A DNA stretch of 64,000 nucleotides from Escherichia phage alia. Below, in pieces: positions 54,319-62,012 of this stretch. The notes below the pieces were generated by a model, which was not told where the DNA came from, ran no database searches, and was given only the letters and a program-made list of their open reading frames with translations. Numbering within the stretch: the first letter of the stretch is position 1; each line of letters begins with the position of its first letter. Made by a program: the position numbers and the translations under genes. The stretch lies in the sequence record NC_052655.1. One strand, written 5' to 3'.

Positions 54319-55296
54319 TTAAGCAACAGTCTGGTCTTCTTTTTCAGGGAAGATTAAACTTGCAACAACACCCAACCCAAGAGTACCTAACACAATATAC
54401 ATACTGATCGTCGGATCAATGTGTGCTGGCAGGAAACTCATTTTTGCGTGCAGAGTTTCTGCAAACGGGTGATACATCAGTTTTACACCCACAAATACCA
54501 GGACTACGATAACTGCTTTCTCCAGATGAACCAAATACTTCAGTGCAACACTAAGAACAAAGAACAGAGCACGTAAACCTAAGATTGCACAGAGCATCGA
54601 AGAGAACACCAGCAGAGGTTCTTGTGTCACTGCAATTACTGCTGGAACAGAGTCTACTGCAAAGATTACGTCAACCATTTCCATTACAAACACACAAACC
54701 AGAGCCGGAGTTGCTACACGAACACCATTCTTGATTGTGAAGAACTTCTCACCATCCATCTGATCAGATACAGGGAACAGCTTACGAACAATGCGAGTAG
54801 CCCAGTGTTTAGAGTAATCAACTTCTGCATCATTATCTCCAGCGAATACCATTTTAGCCGCACAGAAAAGGATGACAGCACCGAAGAAGATATTAACATA
54901 CCAGCCCAAACTCAACAAGTAAGTGCCTACTGCTACAAACACACCTCGGAAGACAATCGCACCTGCAATACCCCAAAGTAGAATTTTGTGCTGCAAGTGT
55001 GTGCTTTTAATACCAAAACTTGCGAAGACTGCCACAAATACTACTAAGTTATCTACAGAAAGAGATTTCTCCAACACATACCCACTCAAGAACAAGCTCG
55101 CAAAATCAGCACCGTGTTGGAAGTATACAAAACCATAGTAGGCTAATGATACCCCAATCCAGAAAATTGACCAACCAACTGCCGATTTAAATGAAATCTC
55201 TTTGTTTTCTCTGTGTCCAAAGAAATCAATACAAATCGACAAGACTAAAATACCCACTAAAACAACCACATCAATAATTGGGAAACCCAGTTGCAT
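54319..55296 (-). CDS. terC: TerC-family integral membrane protein
   Basis: 325 aa multi-pass membrane protein with the TerC hallmark LEKSLSVDNL; AAAGAGGAG SD. Confidence 0.8.
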   Translation of the reverse strand: MQLGFPIIDVVVLVGILVLSICIDFFGHRENKEISFKSAVGWSIFWIGVSLAYYGFVYFQHGADFASLFLSGYVLEKSLSVDNLVVFVAVFASFGIKSTHLQHKILLWGIAGAIVFRGVFVAVGTYLLSLGWYVNIFFGAVILFCAAKMVFAGDNDAEVDYSKHWATRIVRKLFPVSDQMDGEKFFTIKNGVRVATPALVCVFVMEMVDVIFAVDSVPAVIAVTQEPLLVFSSMLCAILGLRALFFVLSVALKYLVHLEKAVIVVLVFVGVKLMYHPFAETLHAKMSFLPAHIDPTISMYIVLGTLGLGVVASLIFPEKEDQTVA

Positions 55297-55314
55297 TCTT
55301 TTCTCCTCTTTAAT

Positions 55315-55373
55315 GCGGAGGACAATCCTCCGCTCTATGTCGTATACTATAAACTGTTTTTAAAGAAAGTCAA
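55315..55373 (-). promoter_or_regulatory. promoter candidate plus 5'-UTR hairpin upstream of terC-like gene
   Basis: On the minus strand: TTGACT (plus 55368-55373), 16-nt spacer, TATAGT (plus 55346-55351), then hairpin GCGGAGG-ATTGT-CCTCCGC (plus 55315-55333) just upstream of the SD. Confidence 0.35.
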
Positions 55374-55622
55374 CTAGTTCAGTTCTGTAATTTTAAGTTT
55401 ATCTTCTTTGTTAATGATAGGGAAAGCTACAGCATCACCTACATCATCAATAAAGCAAATAGCAAGACCACCTTCCACTTTGCTAACCTGACCATTAAAG
55501 GCGTGATACGGGGCAGGAACAATATCTCCATCTTCAAGGAGAATAGCCTCATAAACCTTACCAATAGTACAATCACGAGTGTTTTTAAATTTTTCAAGCA
55601 CTTCAACATTTACTTTACGCAT
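55374..55622 (-). CDS. hypothetical protein
   Basis: 82 aa ORF. Confidence 0.5.
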   Translation of the reverse strand: MRKVNVEVLEKFKNTRDCTIGKVYEAILLEDGDIVPAPYHAFNGQVSKVEGGLAICFIDDVGDAVAFPIINKEDKLKITELN

Positions 55623-55636
55623 ATAAAGATCCTCTC

Positions 55637-55843
55637 TTATTTGTTAGATTGAAAGATACCACGAAGTACCGCAAGAATGAACGTCACACAGACTACACTC
55701 CAAAACGTTACAGGAACATGATGCCAGTCTAAACCGATAATGTCAATCATATAGTTGTATGCTAAAAGCAGTAGCCAACTAGGGATTAACACAATCAAGA
55801 ACACAACAATAAAACAACCTAATACTGCTAAAACACCTGCCAT
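55637..55843 (-). CDS. small membrane protein
   Basis: 68 aa, almost entirely hydrophobic (two predicted TM helices). Confidence 0.5.
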   Translation of the reverse strand: MAGVLAVLGCFIVVFLIVLIPSWLLLLAYNYMIDIIGLDWHHVPVTFWSVVCVTFILAVLRGIFQSNK

Positions 55844-55852
55844 ACTTTCTCC

Positions 55853-56569
55853 TTATTTCAGTTTGTAAACAATTACATTTAAACCTTTGTTCACTAGAGT
55901 TTCTTCGATCATAAGTTTTACAATATTCCAAGAACCTCCAGCCAAACCACAACCAAGCATTGGTAAACCTACAATTTTACCGCCTGAAGATACAACATCG
56001 TCTCCCATACTATCTAACGCATTGTAGATAGCTTCATAATTCAGGTCACGCTTACCTTCCTCACGACGACTATAACCATATTGTCCATATAAATTATAAA
56101 TTGTCAAATTGTTTTCTGTATATTTGGTAAACGTACCTAATTTTTTATAATCACCACGTTTAGTGGCACAATCTGCTTTAAACGCACCAGGCCACTTGCT
56201 TTTAATTTTTGGTGCAATACCACTACCCATAGTGCAAAAACAGTTACAGCAGTGTGCTATAGCGTCTATATCGCCTCTCTCGGCTGCTGCTAAAAGATCA
56301 CCGTATACCTCAATGATACCTGCCGGATAACTTGTTACAATTTCATCTTCCCAATACATTTTCTCTACACCACCGATCAGTGCAAAGTTTTGTGTAATGC
56401 GATCATCAATATAGTTAAGACCTGAAACATACACAGCGTATTCATCCTGTGCTGTAATACCTTGCACACGAATTCTTAAGACACCATCTTTATCTGTTGC
56501 TACACGCCCAAAATCTTTTTCTGTAATATTGGTGATAGGATCTCCGAAAGTCATTACTTTATTAGACAT
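55853..56569 (-). CDS. macro-domain protein (ADP-ribose binding / processing)
   Basis: ATG at 56569 preceded by AAAGGGGA and overlapping the upstream stop (ATGTCTAA). Motif DAIAHCCNCFCTMGSGIAPKI fits the macro-domain H..N.......G.G.A pattern. The track start at 56686 would overlap the upstream gene by 125 nt. Confidence 0.6.
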   Translation of the reverse strand: MSNKVMTFGDPITNITEKDFGRVATDKDGVLRIRVQGITAQDEYAVYVSGLNYIDDRITQNFALIGGVEKMYWEDEIVTSYPAGIIEVYGDLLAAAERGDIDAIAHCCNCFCTMGSGIAPKIKSKWPGAFKADCATKRGDYKKLGTFTKYTENNLTIYNLYGQYGYSRREEGKRDLNYEAIYNALDSMGDDVVSSGGKIVGLPMLGCGLAGGSWNIVKLMIEETLVNKGLNVIVYKLK

Positions 56570-57419
56570 AATAATCCCCTTTAACATTAGGTTTGTTGAT
56601 AATGTTGCTTTCAAAAAATTGACGTAGGAAATCAAAGTTCTCTTTGTATTTTTCAATGTTATTGTAACCTTCTGCAAGGCAACCAAAGAACAGTTGTTCT
56701 ACATAATACAAAGGAAGTTGTGAAAGTGCAATTTTAAAATCAACTTCGCTTTGACTCATTAGATACTTAATAGGACGAACCAAACATTTAGCATCAGCTT
56801 CTTGCTTAATCATTTTAATAAAAGCTGCCAGATTATTGATATAGTTGAAGTTAAGTGCAGCTTCGGTGTTGGCTTCTGTACCTTCATACTTTGCAAAGTA
56901 CAGGAAAAACGTATCGTTTTCAACACCTTCTTTGTCTAAAATTTCAATAAGTTTTTCTTCGTGTGTTCCTGTAATATTAACATCATCAATGAAAATCAGA
57001 GTTTTATTACCCCAGAAATCACGATTGATAGAGAAAGTGTCACCATCGATCAAAGCCTTACGATCTTCTTTGCTAAGAAATCCATAATCATTGATATAGC
57101 TCACTTTACGATGAACGATATCCCACTCCACTGCTTTACCCCCTTTGATAGAGATTAGGTAGTTGAGGTGATCTACAAAATGTTCAGATAACACTGTAGC
57201 TGCATTTTTCACATAGTTATATGGAGATGGAATAACAACAAAACTTTCATTTACCAGTCGTTCTTCATACTTAGAAAAGAAACTTTCAGCCAGAATGCGT
57301 CCCATTCTTTTTGCTGCCTGGTTACTACCAAACTTCAGTTTGGAATAATCTGCAATGTTAAATTTTGCTTCCTTCAGGTTAGTAAAAGTATTAGCAAAAT
57401 GTTGAATTTGATTACGCAT
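56562..57419 (-). CDS. type I phosphoribosyltransferase-fold protein
   Basis: 285 aa; AAGAGGAA SD. PRPP-binding-loop-like motif KTLIFIDDVNITGTHEEK. Substrate unknown. Confidence 0.45.
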   Translation of the reverse strand: MRNQIQHFANTFTNLKEAKFNIADYSKLKFGSNQAAKRMGRILAESFFSKYEERLVNESFVVIPSPYNYVKNAATVLSEHFVDHLNYLISIKGGKAVEWDIVHRKVSYINDYGFLSKEDRKALIDGDTFSINRDFWGNKTLIFIDDVNITGTHEEKLIEILDKEGVENDTFFLYFAKYEGTEANTEAALNFNYINNLAAFIKMIKQEADAKCLVRPIKYLMSQSEVDFKIALSQLPLYYVEQLFFGCLAEGYNNIEKYKENFDFLRQFFESNIINKPNVKGDYYV

Positions 57420-58068
57420 TAATAAGTTCCTCTTTTTTAAGTTTAGCCAACAAGTCTTCTGGATTAATAATATGACAGAACTTCATCCCTATGTCAACAG
57501 CTTTCCCATCATAGATCAAACTATCTCCAACGTGTAAAATCTCCTCTGGTGCGAGATCAAACGTTACCATTTCATCAAAAGAGAGTTTAAAAAACCTGGG
57601 ATCTGGTTTACACAAGCAAAACTCATCAGAAAAATGCATAAAATCGAATGGTAATTTTGTCAAGCCAGAATATACAGCTAAGAAACTACCAGGTACAAAA
57701 TTGGTATTGCTTTTAATACTCAAAGAATAGGTTGAACTTAGCTCTTCCAACTTCTTGCAAAGTTCAGGGTTTAATATTGGAGGATGTTTTATAAACATTG
57801 CTAAACAGTCTCTTTTTAACCCATCTACTTTATCAAGATCAATGTTCAAATGAGCAGAAAGTGTTTCCCAAGCATTTCTAGATGTTCCACAAATGCCTTT
57901 TTCTGCTTTTAAATCCAGGAGAGTTTTTACCTCTTTATATACGGTAGCTGCTTCTGCCTCAGAACAAGAGGCATACTCGGCAATAACCTTGTTGCGCTCT
58001 TCTGCATACAAAGGATTAGCAGTAATAAGAGTATTCCATACATCAAAAGAAATATGCTTAACAGTCAT
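57412..58068 (-). CDS. HAD-superfamily hydrolase (phosphatase candidate)
   Basis: ATG at 58068 preceded by GGAGGA. HAD motif I FDVWNTL (DxD-type nucleophile) and motif IV HVGDSLIYDG. Its stop overlaps the PRTase start by 8 nt. Confidence 0.6.
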   Translation of the reverse strand: MTVKHISFDVWNTLITANPLYAEERNKVIAEYASCSEAEAATVYKEVKTLLDLKAEKGICGTSRNAWETLSAHLNIDLDKVDGLKRDCLAMFIKHPPILNPELCKKLEELSSTYSLSIKSNTNFVPGSFLAVYSGLTKLPFDFMHFSDEFCLCKPDPRFFKLSFDEMVTFDLAPEEILHVGDSLIYDGKAVDIGMKFCHIINPEDLLAKLKKEELINA

Positions 58069-58070
58069 TT

Positions 58071-58226
58071 TTAATCCTCCGTCCAAAAGAATATCATCTG
58101 CTTAATTTTATTGATTTCTTGATGTAGTAACTTTCCAGCATGTGATTGATCTTTAATATTGACAGCAAGAATTTCAAGTTCCGTTAGTTTTTCTTGGATA
58201 GCTTTATATTCATCATCTGTAAGCAT
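58071..58226 (-). CDS. small hypothetical protein (51 aa), not in ORF track
   Basis: ATG at 58226 preceded by AAAGGGGAAG; stop lies 2 nt before the HAD start. Translation MLTDDEYKAIQEKLTELEILAVNIKDQSHAGKLLHQEINKIKQMIFFWTED. Confidence 0.3.
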   Translation of the reverse strand: MLTDDEYKAIQEKLTELEILAVNIKDQSHAGKLLHQEINKIKQMIFFWTED

Positions 58227-58237
58227 TTTCTTCCCCT

Positions 58238-58441
58238 TTAGAATGGTAATCTTTGTATGTCACTTATCCCCACACCCAGAAGTCTAGCAATATCCTTATC
58301 TAAAAGCAACTCTTTTTGTTCTAAAATGTTAATCAAATCTCCTAATACTTCTTTAATGTCACGATCATTTTTAGCAACGTGACCACCTGCGGTATCAACT
58401 TTATCTTTAAAAACAAAATAATGATCCATAATACCCTCCAT
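58238..58441 (-). CDS. hypothetical protein
   Basis: 67 aa ORF; the alternative ATG at 58429 has a GGAGGG SD and may be the true start. Confidence 0.45.
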   Translation of the reverse strand: MEGIMDHYFVFKDKVDTAGGHVAKNDRDIKEVLGDLINILEQKELLLDKDIARLLGVGISDIQRLPF

Positions 58442-58447
58442 ATAAAT

Positions 58448-58469
58448 AAAGGAGGCTTTCGCCTCCTTT
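58448..58469 (-). terminator. intrinsic terminator after ATPase gene (GAAA loop on minus strand)
   Basis: AAAGGAGGC-TTTC-GCCTCCTTT on the plus strand; on the minus strand it is followed by ATTTATA. Confidence 0.5.
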
Positions 58470-58475
58470 TATCAC

Positions 58476-59636
58476 TTAGTAAGAACGACCACCAAACACA
58501 TACTCTGTGTAGTTTTTACGTTCTTTGTTTTTAATAACAACTTCAATGTTGTTACCTTTATCATCGGTGAACATAAAGTGATAACCGTCACCACCCATTG
58601 TACGGATGTGTTTTTCATCATACGTCAGCAAGATACGGTCTACACCCCAGTAGTAGTCACCTTCTTCATCTTTATCTTCTACGGTAACAATCCCTTCCAT
58701 TTCAGGAAGATGCTCTTCACCTAGTTTATGGTCTACAGCTACAACATAACGATTACCGCTAAACAAACCTTGTGCTGTCATACCGTCAATATCGGTATCT
58801 GCCGAAACATCTCCTGTACGATCTACACCGTTAACTTTCAGAAGTTTAACCTCTTTTGCAGCATAGCGGTGTTCAGTAATACTGATACCCATTAATGCAA
58901 GTGCATCAGAGAATTTGTCATTAGGATAACGGTTAAGTTCTTCTACTAATGACTGAACAATATCAAAGTTCAAGTCCACGGACAGATTATAAAGCGTTTC
59001 AAAATCTGGTAAAAAGGCTTTGTTCTCCAGATTTTTAGCCAGATAATCATCCATAGTAGCTTTAGGTAGTTTCTTATAGCTAAAGCTGTAGAAAATACGG
59101 CTAGGGCGATTACGCAAAAATTCTGATACATAACCATCATTTTTAGTCAATACAAACAGCTTGTCATAGCCACCAACACCATCCAGCAGGGTAAGCAAAC
59201 CATCCTGTGCATCTTTTTCAGCATACAGTTTATCAAATTCATCGATCATAATCATCACAGGTTGTGTGATTTTAGACATAAAATTGATAAAGCCTTCACC
59301 ATTAAAAGCACTACCGATAGAAATAGTAGGAATACCCATTTCACGAAGAGCAGAAGACAGCATTTTAGCTTGCAAAGTTTTACCGCTACCCTTCGTACCC
59401 TCAAGGAGAACACCTGTGTTTTTACCTTTGCGGCTAAGGAACGTCTTGATAATACGTTCTGATTTATCATCAGTATCACCGTATGTTACTGAAGGGACTT
59501 CCATATCGTTTTTAGGATACAGGAAGAACTCACCACTTTGAGTAACACCTACACCAAAAGTTCCTGCTGGAATTTCTTCGATATCTGTACCAGACTTCTG
59601 ACGCAGGAAGATTTGATTGCCGAATACTGTAAACAT
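58476..59636 (-). CDS. P-loop NTPase / AAA-type ATPase
   Basis: 386 aa; GAGGAGAAA SD. Walker A LLEGTKGSGKTLQAK and Walker B-like VMIMIDEFDKL. Confidence 0.6.
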   Translation of the reverse strand: MFTVFGNQIFLRQKSGTDIEEIPAGTFGVGVTQSGEFFLYPKNDMEVPSVTYGDTDDKSERIIKTFLSRKGKNTGVLLEGTKGSGKTLQAKMLSSALREMGIPTISIGSAFNGEGFINFMSKITQPVMIMIDEFDKLYAEKDAQDGLLTLLDGVGGYDKLFVLTKNDGYVSEFLRNRPSRIFYSFSYKKLPKATMDDYLAKNLENKAFLPDFETLYNLSVDLNFDIVQSLVEELNRYPNDKFSDALALMGISITEHRYAAKEVKLLKVNGVDRTGDVSADTDIDGMTAQGLFSGNRYVVAVDHKLGEEHLPEMEGIVTVEDKDEEGDYYWGVDRILLTYDEKHIRTMGGDGYHFMFTDDKGNNIEVVIKNKERKNYTEYVFGGRSY

Positions 59637-59656
59637 AGTTTTCTCCTCTATTTAAT

Positions 59657-60127
59657 TTAGTCAGATTCCCAAATGTTGTCTTTCTTAATCCACATTCGTT
59701 GATTATCTGAACCTCTATAACGTTTCGTTGTTGGTTGATTCATATCATACTTACCATCTATCACTATGTCAACCAGTTTTTTAATTTTTTCTGGAATTTC
59801 TTCAAAAAGATATCCTGTATATAAGACAATATCTTTTTTGTTTCCAAAACAATCTCTTACCTTCTCAAGAACATACTCTACAGTGTCAATGTTCTCTTTG
59901 TCAAGAGGTTCACCACCTAAAACTGTTAATCCTTTAATGAAAGGTCGAGATAAATCTTTCAAGATAAGATCTAATGTTTCAGTAGTGAACTCTTGTCCGT
60001 AGTTATACGACCAGGCTTTCTGGTTGAAGCAGCCACGGCAACCGTGGCTACAACCGCTCACCCACAAAGAGCATCTTACACCGTCACCGTTGAGCATGTC
60101 AACAGGTTCATATCCGGCATAATTCAA
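59657..60127 (-). CDS. nrdG: anaerobic ribonucleotide reductase activating protein (radical SAM)
   Basis: 156 aa; TTG start overlapping the nrdD stop (TTGA) after AAGGGAG. Radical-SAM cysteine motif CSHGCRGC. Directly downstream of nrdD. Confidence 0.75.
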   Translation of the reverse strand: MNYAGYEPVDMLNGDGVRCSLWVSGCSHGCRGCFNQKAWSYNYGQEFTTETLDLILKDLSRPFIKGLTVLGGEPLDKENIDTVEYVLEKVRDCFGNKKDIVLYTGYLFEEIPEKIKKLVDIVIDGKYDMNQPTTKRYRGSDNQRMWIKKDNIWESD

Positions 60128-61923
60128 AAATGTTTCTCCCTTTCCAGTACCTCTTGCATTTTACCTTTATTATAAGGGCGAGAGTTAGGGGCAGACAGGT
60201 ATCCTGACACTCTTCTGATTACAGATATAGATTCTTCCTCATGATTGCCACAACTTGGACACTCGAAGCCTTTAGCTGTTGCCTTAAATTCACCATGAAA
60301 ACCACATTTGAAACACTGATCTACAGGTTGGTTCACGCCAAAATAAGGAATTTTGTTGTAGGCATAATCTACAAGAGTTTCCAGTGCTTGCAAGTTATTT
60401 TTAAGGTTTGGTGTTTCTACATAACCTATGTTCCCACCATTACTGATTTGTGCAAAACCTTCCTCATAATCCCACTTTTGGAACGGGGTAGTGTGCATCC
60501 ACACAGGTTGATGGAAAGAGTTTGTCAAGTAGTCACGATCAATAGAACCAGGATAGCGATCATTTAATGCTTTGGCAAATTTATAGCACAAGGATTCTGC
60601 TGGTGTTCCATACAAACTAAAAGCTAAACCAGAACGTTCTTTAAATGTGCCACAGATATCCTTCATATATTGAAGGATGTTTTTACCCATTGCTTTTGGA
60701 TTGGTGTTACCTGGGTATAAAATCTCCATAGCTTCTGCTAAACCTACATAACCGATACTAATAGAGGCATAACCACCTTCGAATAGTTTACCAATCTCTT
60801 CATTAGCTTCTAGTCGAGCTAAAGCCCCTTCCATAAACAATGTAGGGTTTTGGGATGCTTTGGTATGTCTAATACGGTTAACACGTAGTATATGTGCCTT
60901 ATACGCCATCTCCATATGTTGTTCCAACAGTTCAGTAAATAAGATGCCCTTTTCACGGGACTCTGCTGCAATGATAGGTAAGTTTAAAGAAACTACACCT
61001 AAGTTGAAACGACCATCATATTTTTCACCTTGCTCTGTTGCATAGTATGACAAGAAGCTACGGCAACCCATGCTTGTGACGCGACCATCTGAAGATCCTG
61101 TAACTTCTTTGTTTAAAGGTACAGAGATAAAATCAGGATAAATGCGTTCAGCACAACACTCCATTGCCAGTTGCTTCAAATCATAGTTTGGATCGCCAGC
61201 TTTCATGTTAACACCATCTTCCAAGAAGAAGATAACTTTAGGAAACACAGGAGTTACCCTATCTTTTCCTAATCCTTGTTTGTGCACCATTAGGTAGTTT
61301 TTAGTGATCATTCTACCAAAAGCAGAGGTATCCAAACCTAAACTAATTGTTATAAAAGGTGACTGACCATTTACACTCATTAGGGTGTTCACCTGGTAGA
61401 TTAAAGTTTGCATTGCATCATAGACCTGTTTATCTACCATACGCATAGCAATATCATAATCGCCAACATCGGCATATATTTTGTTAAAACTTGCTTTAAC
61501 GTATTGACTAAGCCCAGTATCAATATGTGCACAAGTTTGTCCACCATATTGGCTAGAAGCTACTGCTTGAATAATTTGAGTTAGGACAGTAGTTGCTACA
61601 CCTATAGACTTTGGTTTTTCAATATGTGCATTACCAATACGGAAACCGTTCTCAAGCATATCTTGGTAATTTACCAGGCAACAATTAGTTAGAGGTGAGA
61701 GTAAATAATCTAAATCGTGAATGTGACCATACCCACTTTTGTGCCATTCTGCCAGATCATCCGGTAAAATATGGGTCATTGCCATGTGCTTGCTTAGGAT
61801 ACCTGCTAGTAAGTCTCGGTGAGTATTAACAATCATTGCAGGTTTGTTTGCATTTTCACGAGTAAATTCTTCGGATGTTTGTTCGAGGAATCCGATTACA
61901 TCCTCATATAGTTTTTGGGTCAT
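60124..61923 (-). CDS. nrdD: anaerobic ribonucleoside-triphosphate reductase
   Basis: ATG at 61923 preceded by GGAGGA. C-terminal zinc-ribbon cysteines (CFKCGF...CPSCGN) and glycyl-radical-type motif RRVSGYL. The track start at 61953 adds 10 residues without an SD. Confidence 0.8.
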   Translation of the reverse strand: MTQKLYEDVIGFLEQTSEEFTRENANKPAMIVNTHRDLLAGILSKHMAMTHILPDDLAEWHKSGYGHIHDLDYLLSPLTNCCLVNYQDMLENGFRIGNAHIEKPKSIGVATTVLTQIIQAVASSQYGGQTCAHIDTGLSQYVKASFNKIYADVGDYDIAMRMVDKQVYDAMQTLIYQVNTLMSVNGQSPFITISLGLDTSAFGRMITKNYLMVHKQGLGKDRVTPVFPKVIFFLEDGVNMKAGDPNYDLKQLAMECCAERIYPDFISVPLNKEVTGSSDGRVTSMGCRSFLSYYATEQGEKYDGRFNLGVVSLNLPIIAAESREKGILFTELLEQHMEMAYKAHILRVNRIRHTKASQNPTLFMEGALARLEANEEIGKLFEGGYASISIGYVGLAEAMEILYPGNTNPKAMGKNILQYMKDICGTFKERSGLAFSLYGTPAESLCYKFAKALNDRYPGSIDRDYLTNSFHQPVWMHTTPFQKWDYEEGFAQISNGGNIGYVETPNLKNNLQALETLVDYAYNKIPYFGVNQPVDQCFKCGFHGEFKATAKGFECPSCGNHEEESISVIRRVSGYLSAPNSRPYNKGKMQEVLEREKHF

Positions 61924-61942
61924 TAATCCTCCGTGGAAAATA

Positions 61943-61965
61943 AAAGCCAGCATTAAGCTGGCTTT
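61943..61965 (-). terminator. hairpin terminator/attenuator immediately upstream of nrdD
   Basis: AAAGCCAGC-ATTAA-GCTGGCTTT perfect 9-bp stem; on the minus strand it is followed by TTTTATTTT and then the nrdD SD. Confidence 0.5.
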
Positions 61966-62012
61966 AGGGTGGATCTTTATTTTAAATCTTTTTCGTAAGA
62001 TTGTCCTTGATC

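Noticed and set aside
55853-56686. Long form of the macro-domain gene starting at 56686
   Set aside because: It would overlap the PRTase gene by 125 nt; the internal ATG at 56569 has an AAAGGGGA SD and a start-stop overlap typical of coupled genes.
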